Of a DNA stretch of 64,000 bases, positions 1 to 11,585 are shown piece by piece; the first letter of the stretch is position 1; every line of letters begins with the position of its first letter. The DNA comes from the human T2T-CHM13v2.0 reference genome, Homo sapiens, in NCBI RefSeq assembly GCF_009914755.1, contig NC_060931.1, one strand, 5' to 3'. A program made the translations under genes and the position numbers. A model generated the notes under the pieces. It was not told where the DNA came from, ran no database searches, and saw nothing but the letters and a program-made list of their open reading frames with translations.

Positions 1-39
1 CAACAAGAGCGAAACTCTGTCTCAAAAAAAAAAAAAAAA
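1..39 (+). mobile_element. Alu 3' end and poly(A) tail (cut by window edge)
   Basis: caacaagagcgaaactctgtctc followed by an A-run. Confidence 0.85.
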
Positions 40-1841
40 GAATATTAAAACTTTGTTACAAGTATTTTTTCCTAGTTTGTCACTGCCATTTTATTTTACA
101 AATAGTTTCTTTTTACGTAGGAGTTATTTCTTTCTCTTCTTCAAGTTTTATGTAATCCAATTTACTTTTATTTTCCCTTTTTGTGTCTGGATTTTAAGTC
201 ATAGGGAAGTTTTCCTCAATGAAATCTTAGAGAAACTTATACTTAAGATTATGCCTAAGTGTATTTTGTTGTATTTATTATTTGCTTTGTTGAATATGGT
301 CTTGTATTAAATCTCTGACTTTTGCTTGTATATAAATATGATATTGGTTTTTGTCTTTTAATTTTATAACCTAATACTTTACTAGTTTTGCCTGTTTCCT
401 AAATGCTTTCTCTGGGCCTGTTCTGCTTGGTTTGGATGCTTCCCCCAGCAGCGCCCCCAGCCACCCCACCCCAGAGGGCTACGTCCTGGCAGAGCTGGGT
501 TTGGTTAGTTCTGAGGGCTGAGCTGGCCCAGCAGCTCCAGACCTCCAGACCTTGCACTCACCTGTGAACTTGACTCTGCAAACTCCTCCAAGATGCGCCC
601 ACCACACTCCCAGTGAACAACACCTACAGGAGCTTGGAGTTCTATTCTCAGATACATCAGGTACCCCATCCTTCCCGCCACCATGTTCCGTAGCTGCTAA
701 GCTATAGGGTGGGTGCACTCTCTGGTTGGTCCCCACCTGAGTGCCTTTGGAGGTGTGTGTGGTGGGGGCCATCTCATTTAATTTTGTTGTGCATGTTTTC
801 TATGGGTTTTGTTTTTGCTATCTTAATTACTCTATTTTTATGAGGAGGTTTGATAAGATTAAAAAACTTGGCCACTGCTCCATCTTCCTGGAATTCCTCT
901 CCCACTCTCCTTTAAATGTGACATCCTAACACAACCGCAGCTCTTCTCCTTGGAAAGGGATATGAAAATATTTAAGGGGAAGCTAATGGTGTGCCACACT
1001 GTATGAAGGGATTGTTTTTTAAGGAAGATGGTTGGAAGTGCTTCTGTGACATGCTATTTTTTAAAAAACTATCAGAAATTCCCAAGTCCTTGACAAACTA
1101 CATGAGAAAGATTGGTAGGAGACCGAATTCATGTTCCGAATTTGAAGAGGGATTTTAGCTAGCATTTAGAGAAGGCTCCTTGTGGTGGCTGCCATCCAGC
1201 ACCACCATGATGGGAGGGGGATGGTACCACTGAGAGAAATGTGTTGGAGGTAGAAGTTGGAGAGCTTTGCCACAGCATGATAGTTCTTAAGGTTTGTGTT
1301 TTATCTAAAAGAATTCAAAATATTTTATGAGAACCATAACACAGCTGTGCATATCTGAATATTAAACTTATTTTTAAATAACCTGTCACTGGGCTAAATC
1401 CATGCCCTAAGAAGAGGTGTTGCATTTATCTTACAGCTTCCACATTCCTGTGTGTCCCAGCTGGAGAAGCAGAAGTCCCAGACCATGTGCTAAGCACACG
1501 TATGGGGTGGGATGAAATCCAATTGTGTGTGTGAATCCATGCTGGATTCATGAAGCTGAGGCCCAGAGGAGGAAGCTTTCTTAATCAACTTCTCAACATG
1601 GGCAAATTGTGGAACTGAGTTTTCTGACTTCAATTCTGTTTCCCTGAATTCCTCCCATCTGCTGGGCAGCACAGGTTGTTATATAAATAAGGATGGCTCT
1701 GGGGACAGCAAGGTGGTCCCCACCTCCACTCCCCACTCCTCCAGGAGAACAATCTCCCAGGAGGACCAGCGGCAGTGGGGTACTCCCTCCGAGAAGGGAG
1801 CTGGAGTGGAGCAAGCCCTCCCGACAGAAGCCGCCACCCAC

Positions 1842-1960
1842 CTCAGGGCAGCCCGTGTGCGACTCTCTCTCCTCATCCTCTGTCTGGTGCCCCTCAGCTG
1901 GGCCTTGGATGGTGGATGCGCCCAGCGCAGGTGGCGAGCTTGTTGTCGGGCAGCCAAGAC
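1842..1960 (-). CDS. PKD1L1: PKD1L1 exon ~45 (VLAARQQARHLRWAHPP...TRAALR)
   Basis: tgacag|G, AG|gtgggt, 119 nt, phase 0-2. Confidence 0.92.
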
Positions 1961-3019
1961 CTGTCAGGGACAAGAGTGCTGTGAGCTGCGGGCTGGTGGG
2001 TGGAAGGAGAGAGGCCCCTGGTGCTCCTGCCAAGCCAAGGAATGTGTCATTGCTGTGCTGTGCCTTCAGCCTGGCATTTGGGAACAAAGAGGTACTTTGT
2101 ATGGATAACATAGACCAGGTTGTTGGGGAAGGGATCAGAGATGGGGGTAGACCCATTTTTAAAAATCTGCTCATGTCCCAGGCAAGTTTTTTTGGCAGGG
2201 ATTGCAGTTGGGCTATTACAAAGAGCTGCTGTACACGAGGGGTGTGTCTACTACTGTCAAATTACAGCAGCAATTATCTTGGGCACTGGCACAGTATTTT
2301 CTCTTAGAGACTTTCAAGGTATGAAAAAATCATTTTAAAGTATAGTCTTAGCAAGAAATGACCTTTCTTTTCTTTTTTCAAAAATCAATTTTACTTTCAT
2401 ACTCTGTTCGTGACAGGGCATAACAGTAGCCAGATAAGTGAACTCATTGTAGGTATTCATTCATTCAACACACATTCACTGGATCAGGCACTGGGGACAT
2501 CTGAGGAACCAGAGACAGTCCTTCCTCCTAGAGACTCTGGGCTTCTAGGAACTTGACAGCAGGAATGTGAACAATATAAAGCTGCACATGCAGAGTGTTG
2601 GGGCTTAAGTTACTCCCTTCAGCTGTTGTGCTGTTCTGAGAAAGGAACACGTGTGGCGGAGAGATCCGTGGGGAGGCTTGGGTGTAGGGGGGCACCCCAA
2701 CTCTAAGATGCTAATGAGCCATGCATAGGTTTGGAGATGCCAGCCTGGCCCTCAGGATCAGGCTGAATTCATCAGAAGGAGCCTCACCTCTGAGGTTGGG
2801 ATGATAGAAAGAAAATGAACAAACTGGCAGCACAGCAGGGCACAGCTGTACGAGGGGAGAAGAGGAAGGAGAGCCTTCCAAGCAGAAAGGAAAGCTGAGA
2901 TCCAACAGGTATGAGGGAACAAGGGCAACGTTGCTTCTCAAGAGCTAAGGTGCTGCAGGGCGGGGGGTGCAGGAGGAAAGGGCAAGGTGGCCCAGGTTTG
3001 GGCCCCAGACTCCCCTTTA

Positions 3020-3150
3020 CTGCAGTATAGCCTGGGTCTAATTGCTTCACCTCATCTTTAAATGGGGTGCAGGGATGCTGCCTAATTCATCAGGTGTTAT
3101 AAGGAACAAATGATCCGATAAATGTAAATACAGTGTAGATGTAAAACAGC
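3020..3150 (+). mobile_element. MIR fragment (approximate bounds)
   Basis: ctcatctttaaatgggg...gttataaggaacaaatga resembles MIR core. Confidence 0.5.
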
Positions 3151-3916
3151 ATAATGACTAGTACATAGCCTGTGTGCACCACCCATCTTCAGCAGCAGCA
3201 GCCTTGGTTTTAGGCAGGGCTGAGAGGCCTCAGACAGGTCCTCAGACATGGAGTTTATTAGGATCCTTTGCGAGGAGGAGGGTGGAGATGAGGAGAGGCC
3301 CAGACCGGGGTCTGACTCTCAATGCACTGGGATTGGGTCCTTGGTCGTAAGTGACTTGTGGTTATTACAAGAGTACAGAATTGCACATGCATTTCAGGTG
3401 CTTAGTCAATGAGCCTGTGAATGTCTTTGCGGTGGCCAGCAGACCTCTCTCTTCCTTCATATCATTCACACTGCCCAACAGAATGCTACACATACAACAG
3501 GCAAAACTGAATAAAAGAAGGAAGAAAGGGAGGGAGGAAGGGACAAAGGGATGAAGGCAGGGAGAGAGGAAGGATGGGGAGGAGTACATTTTCTGTGGGT
3601 TCACTGAAGGGCAAATGGACTAAAAGTTCTCCAAAATCATGGCCAAGAATTAGAGTTCTTACTTGCTTCAGTATTTTAAAATATGCTCATTTTCTTGATG
3701 CTCTAACTTCTTTAGGATTGGAGTTAAAAAAAAATAAGTCCTATGTGTTCATCTATCATACAGGTATGTGCAAAGAAGCATAAGAAATTAAGACATCCCA
3801 TGGGTCTCCAAAGATGCAACCCAATCTGAATTCAAAGCCTACATTCAGATATGCATGATAGAATATAAAGTAGTTTTTTAAATCTCAATTTGCACTGCAT
3901 AGGTAATTTTTTTTAC

Positions 3917-4093
3917 TTTTTCAACCTCGCCCGCACAGTCAGGAATACTGCAGCTTGAAGAGAAGGGGAGGCGAGTCCAGGAACGTTCTGCCAATTCAGA
4001 GTCCAGATCCCTGGTAGCCTCACATAAAGACTCAGTAAAAAAGTGGTTGTCAGCTCTTCTTTTCCAAGCAAAACCCAAGGCCATGAGGCATAC
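3917..4093 (-). CDS. PKD1L1: PKD1L1 exon ~44 (VCLMALGFAWKRR...AGEVEK)
   Basis: ttccag|G, AAA|gtaaaa, 177 nt, phase 0-0. Confidence 0.91.
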
Positions 4094-4269
4094 CTGGAAG
4101 GAAAAACATGACAGCGCAGAGAGCCGCCCTATGTCTGTGTTCATTCCACACAGAGCTGTCCTCCCGTCCCCTAATCATGAACAGGACTCCATCTCCCAGT
4201 TTTAAAGACACCAGTAGTCACTGCCTTGGATTCCCAGCCCAACTACTCACCAGGCATGGCCCCGCCCAA

Positions 4270-4400
4270 GAGACCTAAATTCTCTGAGTTCAATTTCCTC
4301 AAATAAAAAACGTGGGTTAAAGTGGTACCCTCCTCAAAGATTTTTATGAGGATTAAAGAACAGGCCCATGTGCAGCTTAGCACAGAGCCTGGCTCCTGGT
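4270..4400 (+). mobile_element. MIR fragment (approximate bounds)
   Basis: tctctgagttcaatttcctca...atgaggattaaag...cttagcacagagcctggc. Confidence 0.6.
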
Positions 4401-4531
4401 TCTCTCCAACCACAGCTGAAATCAGGGTATAAAGAAAAGTCATACACAACCAAAATGAAGCCTCTATTTCCCCTTCCCATCTAGGTCCCCTGCTGATGGA
4501 AGGCACTTCTACCATGGAGGGTGTTTCTTAC

Positions 4532-4616
4532 CATAAGTGGCTGGGTGATGAAAATACAGCAGACCACGGAGAGGGACAGCAGGTGCAGCCACTGCACACA
4601 TTGCTCCTGGCCAAAC
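4532..4616 (-). CDS. PKD1L1: PKD1L1 exon ~43 (TM5; FGQEQCVQWLHLLSLSVVCCIFITQPLM)
   Basis: gggcag|G, ATG|gtaaga, 85 nt, phase 2-0. Confidence 0.93.
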
Positions 4617-5054
4617 CTGCCCCCAGGGAAAGTGCAGTGGTCAGCCCCCTCTAAGGGAGCAGGCCACCCAGCAGTCATTGCTGCCTAAGCACAGGGACAC
4701 TGCCTGAGAGGGCCTATGGCCTCGCCGTGGCAGGAAGCCTGCTGTGGGGGTGGTGCTGGACATGGGCAGTGTCTTTCTGCTCATCGGAGGGGAACCCTTG
4801 TCTGCCAAGAGGACATCGACCTCCCTGAAGCTGCCTAGTGGGAAAGAGAAAGGAAAACCCAACAGGCAGATGAAACAGAGCACAGAGAGGGGAAGGGGGA
4901 GGAAAATGGGTTGGGGTATAATAATAATAATAGCAGCAACAACAACAAAGCTGGATGCTGGCGGGTGCTCCGCAGGGGCAGGCATGATGCTAACAGGACT
5001 GCTTTCATATTTCAGCTGCTCCTCCCCAAGCCCTAAGAATTAAGCTCTCTGATG

Positions 5055-5120
5055 TTCCTATTTTACAGATGAGCAAACTGAGGCACAAGAGAGGTCTAAG
5101 TACCTGCCCATCCTCACAGA
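5055..5120 (-). mobile_element. MIR core fragment
   Basis: cctattttacagatgagcaaactgaggcaca. Confidence 0.65.
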
Positions 5121-5708
5121 GTGATTCAACATCTACAGTTGAGGAGAGGGGAGAGACGGGAAGAAAGGGCCTTGGCTTTGAGGCTACTCTTTGTGGTTTA
5201 TGAACCACACTGAGTGACCCTGGGGTCTCCGATGGCGAGTCCAAGCTGTACAGGAGCCAGAGAGGTACCATGTGCCGGAGTGACAGGATCAGAATCTGTG
5301 ACACATGCATCATAATCCCTGTCCCGAAGGCATACGCTTTTTCAAATGATGGGAGACCATGAACAGTATATTCTAGCCAGAGTTCCTGGCTGGGAACCTG
5401 CTCCTCTCAGGAGCTCTGCAGCTGGGTTCCTTCCTTCCTTGGGTGGGCGTCCTGCAGCTTCTTGTTTAATATCTGGACCCCATCCAGGCCTGCTGCCATG
5501 GCAGAGCTGGCCAGGCCAAGCCACCCTTTGGGATCTGCATAGGATTTTATTTACCCCAGGAGATGGGAGGGAGAAATGAGGGAGAAAATAGCAATAGTGA
5601 CATCTGGAGCCTGCATCTGATGAGTTCCCAGAAATGCAGGGATTTGTTTACAAATGCGAGACTTTCCATCTGAGGACCTGAGGATGTTTGAAAAACTCTA
5701 CAGCTCAC

Positions 5709-5844
5709 CTGTAGGCTAGAAATCCTGTCCCCAAACTGCAGGCCAAAGAAGCGGTCCCACAAATGGCCCACACTGCAGAGCTCCACCAAGGCTGAAGGGC
5801 CCTTGACCACTGGGGCATTAGTCCCTCCAAACCACTGCTGGGTG
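5709..5844 (-). CDS. PKD1L1: PKD1L1 exon ~42 (TM4; APSSGLEG...LQPWW...GFLAYR)
   Basis: ccgcag|C, AG|gtgagc, 136 nt, phase 1-2; PWW motif before TM4. Confidence 0.93.
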
Positions 5845-5908
5845 CTGCGGAAGAGTAGGACAGAGACAAGGCAGCTTAAGAGACCTCGGCATCTCCATCC
5901 ACGCGGAG

Positions 5909-6290
5909 TGTGGTGGTGAATCTTAGGTGTCAACTAGGCTGGGTCGTAGGGTGCCCAGGCATTTGGTTAAATGTGATTTTTGAGTGTGTTCGGGGTTGGG
6001 GGTGTTTCCAGGTGGCATTAAGATCTGAATCAGCAGACTGAGTGAAGCAGAGGGCCTTCCTAGCCACAGGCCTCCTCCAATCCCTTGAGGTCCTGAATAG
6101 AACGCACAGGCTGAGAACAGGGGAACTCCTGCCCGACTGCTGAGCTGGGACATTGGTGCTCACCTAAGGGTCTGGGGTCAGGATGGGGGTGGTGAGCAGC
6201 AACTCCTGCCTTGCTGTGCCCTCAGAAGGCTTTTGGGGATCTCCTCTTCTGACCTGCATAGGGACCTATGGGTCCCCAACATCAGAGGCA
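5909..6290 (+). mobile_element. MLT2-family (ERVL) LTR fragment, 3' bound approximate
   Basis: tgtggtggtgaatcttaggtgtcaactaggctggg...gaatcagcagactgagtgaagcaga...cctgaatagaac matches MLT2 5' consensus by recall. Confidence 0.7.
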
Positions 6291-7581
6291 GAGAGGTCAG
6301 TTTCCATTTCAGACCCCAAACAACTAAGCAGGCTGACCTGGAATCTGAGGGTCTGCCCTGATTTGGATCAAGTCCCACACACCACAAGGGACAGGGCTGT
6401 GACTGGTCCCCTGCAGTTTTCAACCTTCCCTCTCTGCTGTGTGATTTCCCCAGGGCCAGATACAGGACCAGAAGGTTGCCCCATACAGCTCTTCATACCT
6501 CTGGGTGCAGCCGTCTTAGCTCGTTTTCTAGCAACTGCTCTTAGAGGCAGGATGCCATGTCAACCTAGGGCAATCGAGTACAACACCTTTCAACAACTAA
6601 GAAGCTCTTGCTGGGAAGCTGGTATTAGGCAAACCGAGGGACACTGGCTGAACATAAATCAAAGAATGTGAGCTGTGGCCGGGACAGTGGCGTTGTCCTA
6701 AGCCACACCTTCTCCACAACCTCATCGGTGGCTGGTCTGCCAGTGTCAGCCTTGCACTCCTGAGTGCTCCCTTCCAGCCCAGGCCACGTGTCCAGTTTGT
6801 CTGGGAGGGTCGTCGGTCCTTGGGATGAGTTTCCCTTCTGATCTACTGCTGATACTTGTGCCTGCGCTGAAGGCTCACCTGCCTGAAGCTTGTTCACTCA
6901 CAGAAAGGATCTTTTTTGTGCCCCACTGTGTGTAAGGTGCTGTGCAGCCTGGGCCCAACCAAACATAGCTGCACGCACAGGCCTTGCCAGTCACTGTGAA
7001 CAAGCACCTGAATCCAGCACACAAGGACCTGGGCTGAGCTGGAGCCTCGAGAAAACCATCTGCTCATGTACCATGTGGCTCTAGGATCCCAAAGCCACAC
7101 ATCCCTGCCAGGCCAGGCCCACCACAGTCTCCTCTTTGCCATCATTTGTCCACCCTCCTAGGATTGCAGCAGGATTCAATCACCCTGGGCACAGCCCTGG
7201 TTGTTCTAGGGTAATCCCTGCCTCTACCAGCTCATTGCTGAGATTCCAGCATAATTGGAAGCTGGGACTATCGTTCACTGTCATTAGCATTAAAACATGC
7301 AAAGCTTCAAACTCCAGAATACTTTAAAAAGGTTATGAGTGTATTATTGGCTTTTAAAAAGATCTGACCAAACTTATGTTAAGTACCTGCCAGAAAGCAC
7401 CAAGACTTTGGAGGAAAGCTGGACGCCTCAGTTTTGGGTGGGCCCATGCCTGGTTTTTAGATGAGACTAGAGTATTCAGTGACATTTGGCCCAATTGTGA
7501 CTCTGCTTGCCCTGCCTCTCCCAATGGCTGCAGGTCTGCTGGACTGGCAGGAAGGGGGCTGTGGTTGCAAGCCACAGTTAC

Positions 7582-7744
7582 CTTGAGTGTGGGGAGGGCA
7601 GCAGTGGCTTTTCCCCATCAGAGAAGTCCTGCTGTGGTCAGCCCCATGAACCTGCAGCTTAGGGGCTGGACAAGCTGTGCCATTGTCACTTGCCGCCTTC
7701 CTTTGGGCCCTGCCACTCCCAGAGAGAATGGCTGATGCGGGTTG
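7582..7744 (-). CDS. PKD1L1: PKD1L1 exon ~41 (QPASAILSGSG...HCCPPHTQ)
   Basis: ttctag|C, G|gtaact, 163 nt, phase 0-1. Confidence 0.9.
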
Positions 7745-8829
7745 CTAGAATGACAAGGTCATGCCAAGGTTAATATCTCCACAGACAGGGCTTCACACGT
7801 GACGCTCAACAGTGGTGTGGCTTGCCGCCTTCTCAGAGGACAGGCCTGGCATGGGCGGGGTGTGGTGCTGAGGCCTCTAAAGACTTCTGAGGGAGGAAGC
7901 ACAGGCAGCCTGGGAGCCGGCTCCTTTGTACCCCTTGGGGGACGGTGGGTGCCCCTGGGGAAATGTTGGTGGCCTAACAGCAGCTCCACACAGTCAGGGT
8001 GATTGCACCTGGTTCTCTGGGAGGCATGACCCTGCCACAGAGGGGAATCCAGCCAAGAGCAACGGGTTGAACAAAGCCTCCAAGTGGGGAGGGCGCAGAG
8101 CTCCGGCATGGTGTTTGGGGTATGGGGGGCACACTGTGTTTCCAGCAGCGGATCGAGAGTACCACCCTCAGGAACAGGAGTGGTGGAGCTGCCGCCAGAG
8201 AGTTAGAGCCTGGCAAACAGGGCACCATGTGTGCCCTCACAGGTCCCACAAAGCAGAATCCCACGTAAGCAAAGGGGCAGTCACACAGATCTGAAAAGCA
8301 CTATAGCAATGGGGTAACGCAGCTGTGCCATTGGAAGCTGCCCTCCAACTGCCCCGTGTCACAGGCCTCTTTGAGACCTGGAACGGAGCTCCCAGCACTG
8401 GGGCAGCTTCTCTGAGCACCCTCCTCACAAGGAGGTGGAGAAGCTCACTGAGCAATCACCCCGAGCCTTGCTGCTCCACAGTGTCTCTCCCACGGTCCTG
8501 CCGGTATTTACTGAGTAGACACACAGGGCTTTCTGAATTCTTCTGGGCTTCACTTCCTTCCTGTTTCAGGCCTCTGCTGAGACCCCTTCTCTCTGACCCA
8601 CCTGGAGAGCCGGGTTGCCATGGCATGTGTCCTGGGAAACGGACCTCCCTCTAGGGAGGACGGCCCCCAGCCAGCACAACAGGTCTTGCATTGATCTTTT
8701 CCTGTGTCCGTCTCACCTTGAGCCTGACCCATCCATGGCCAGACCATAGCCAAGGGAGGATGCCAGAGAAATCTAATTGTTTGCATTTCATGCTAGAAGA
8801 TTAGCTGCTGCGCATAATGATTGATTTAC

Positions 8830-8876
8830 CTTGCGTGGCTCCTGTGCGTCTGGTATCCTTCCCCAGGAATTAGGAC
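8830..8876 (-). CDS. PKD1L1: PKD1L1 exon ~40 (GPNSWGRIPDAQEPRK)
   Basis: aatcag|G, AAG|gtaaat, 47 nt, phase 1-0. Confidence 0.88.
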
Positions 8877-9457
8877 CTGATTCAAAAAAATAAAAATCCA
8901 ATGTACGATGCTTTGGGGTGATACATTTAAACAGGGATATGTTTAAGGATTAGCAGGGACACTACTTTCTTCAGCAAATACTCTTCCTTCCTGACTCAGC
9001 CAGAATGAGTATTTCTGAGAGGATAAGGCTAGAACGAGGACTTTTGTTGATGCTTCAGTCCTGATGTTGGCTTGGGCAACCCTCACACCCACTTGAGGCT
9101 GCCCTAAGGAAACATGGCAGCTTGAGAAAAATGTTTAATTAATAAAATAAATGGCACTAGCAACTAGAAAATGGATTCACTATCCATCTGACAAAGACCT
9201 ACTTTACTTAGCTGGTGAAAAGTATTTAGATGTCCCTCAGAAAAAAAAGGATTTTATAAGGTTCATATAAATGTGGGCAAATAAAATGGACAGATGACAG
9301 AAAATAAAATGACTTTTACACACATTAAATGATGCTCAATGTTACTCATAATAAACATAATGCAAATTGAAAACAGAAGATACAATTTCTACTTAGTAGA
9401 TTGGTGCAAAAGGCTCAGCCCCACGGAGAGTTTCTGAGAGTTTTAATGTACATTTAC

Positions 9458-9530
9458 CATGGGGTGCCTCGGTCTGTGCTCCTCCTCTAAGTGGGCTGTG
9501 TGGCTCCACTCGGGCAGACCCCAGGGCTTC
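9458..9530 (-). CDS. PKD1L1: PKD1L1 exon ~39 (EALGSARVEPHSPLRGGAQTEAPH)
   Basis: ctgcag|G, G|gtaaat, 73 nt, phase 0-1. Confidence 0.9.
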
Positions 9531-9623
9531 CTGCAGAAGGAAAGAGGTGGTTCGCCAAGCGTGTTCCCCAGCAATGAAGGGGCTGCTCAGGAGAACAGGG
9601 CCATGAGGACAAGTCGCAGGTAC

Positions 9624-9734
9624 CTTGCTGAGCCTGAAGAGCAGGGACAAGAGCTGGGCCCCTGGAGAAGCCAGGAGGGTACACAGGAGACCCACCCTGA
9701 AGGATCCAAGGGTGGGGCTGACGTCCAAGTGGGG
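9624..9734 (-). CDS. PKD1L1: PKD1L1 exon ~38 (TM3; PHLDVSPTLG...SLLFRLSK)
   Basis: ttgcag|C, AAG|gtacct, 111 nt, phase 0-0. Confidence 0.91.
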
Positions 9735-9893
9735 CTGCAACAAAGCAACAGCAGCCATTACATCAACTCAATATGAGTCCCGCTTAAAACGCAGTCATTG
9801 TGTAATTACAAATACATGTAATGTGAATACATACATTATATTTAATAAAAGTGCTCTCTTCATGAATCATGAATTTTAAGTTACAATTCAATT

Positions 9894-10243
<350 letters not shown>

Positions 10244-11411
10244 TAGAACTATATATAGAACTGATATGATGGATACAAGCAGAAGGAATCCAGCAAAGGC
10301 TTCTTCTACCCCAGGAGTGAAAAAAACACAAGAAATCATTTTGTTTCTTCTTATACAAATCGTTTTGGATTGAACAAATGCTTGCCGAGCACCCACTCTC
10401 TACCAGGCATGTGCTCCATGGATGGAATCATGGCTACAATCCAGCAAGGCATCAACCCACAAGGTACCAATGAACAGAGAAAAGTGGTTAGTGGTCCAAC
10501 ATCAGACAACATGTCGGCTTCAAAGAAGAGGCCGACCGTAGGTTTCCTCACCACAGGCCCTGGTCTATTTCCAGGTGGACGGAGCTGTTCCCTTCCTGCT
10601 ACTTGATGATATTTCTTTATCCTCTTTTTACAAATTCTGTGCGCTGTTATTTTTTTAATCCCACCAATCCATAATTGTTATTGGATCTCTCTGATACCTG
10701 GTGTCATAAAGGAGCCACTATGCCCGGCTGTCCCATGGATGGGTCGCTGACCCCCACCTCGGAAACGGACCTTGTCACCACATTCTGCAGCCACACTACG
10801 ACCCAGCGGTGAACCCGGTGGGCTGGGTGCATGAATGGCCATGATGTTGTCGTAGTAAACAAGTCAGTTTTGCCTCAGTCCACGTCCTGCTGTGTTGTTT
10901 TTTCCTCAGGAAAGAGAGGGTCTCCATTTTAACTGCTGACACTGATTTGGAAGTAATTTACTACATCTCATGAGGAACAATCAGACCAGAGTTGCCAGTG
11001 CAAACTGGCATCTTGAGGGAAAATGTGGCCATCAGAATGGTTCTACGTTCTTTTGTCCAGAGGATTTATTTAAAATCTAAATGAATTGCCAACTTAAAAA
11101 AAAATTCAAGAGTGTTCTCAAAGACAACCGGCTGCCAGCCTCTCTGGAAAAGTTCTGCTGCTGGGCCTGGGCACGAGCTCCCACACAGCAGCTGTCCACC
11201 GAGCCAGCAGAGTCAGAGCTGTGCAGGGCCACCCAGTGCCACACCGGGCAGAGCCCTCCTGTTCCTTCTCTGGTCCCCAGGCAGCCAGGCTTGCTTCCCC
11301 TGGTTTAAACTTTTCTCGGAGAACTGTGAGCTTTGTTGATTTCTTAGGCAAAAAGGGGCCACAGTGTAGTCGGATCTGGAAGCTGCTATAAGGAAAAGCG
11401 ATGGCTCTCAC

Positions 11412-11585
11412 CTGCTCTTGCCCTCCAGCAGCAACCAGGGCAGTGAGACACGCGTAGACGCACAGCAGGGAGAAGGACACGGTGAGGCGCGGCGTGTGCA
11501 GGTAGCGGCTGGAGGAGGGCCTGCTGTACACCGACAGCCAGACATGGAAATCCTCCAGGTACTCTGTGAACTTGCAATAGAAAAG
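11412..11585 (-). CDS. PKD1L1: PKD1L1 exon ~37 (LFYCKFTEYLEDFHVWLSV...TM2...GGQEQ)
   Basis: tttcag|C, CAG|gtgaga, 174 nt, phase 0-0; polycystin H-x-W-x-S motif. Confidence 0.95.

Noticed and set aside
655-1440. Possible plus-strand intron (CAG|GTACCC at 660/661, ttatcttacag| at 1436) for an antisense transcript such as C7orf69/PKD1L1-AS1
   Set aside because: Weak donor and no transcript evidence from sequence alone; by recall the annotated antisense gene ends before this window
1693-2307. 204-aa plus-strand ORF (and 131-aa ORF 1713-2108) overlapping exon 45
   Set aside because: GC-rich antisense shadow of a real exon; no recognisable domain or supporting gene structure
6625-6897. 90-aa minus-strand ORF in intron 41 as a possible extra exon
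   Set aside because: Exons 41 and 42 already join in phase, and I could not define a convincing acceptor/donor pair
8321-8348. agctgtgccattg 13-mer shared with exon 41 (RAASNGTA vs KAASDNGTA)
   Set aside because: Too short, and similarity does not extend; compatible with chance
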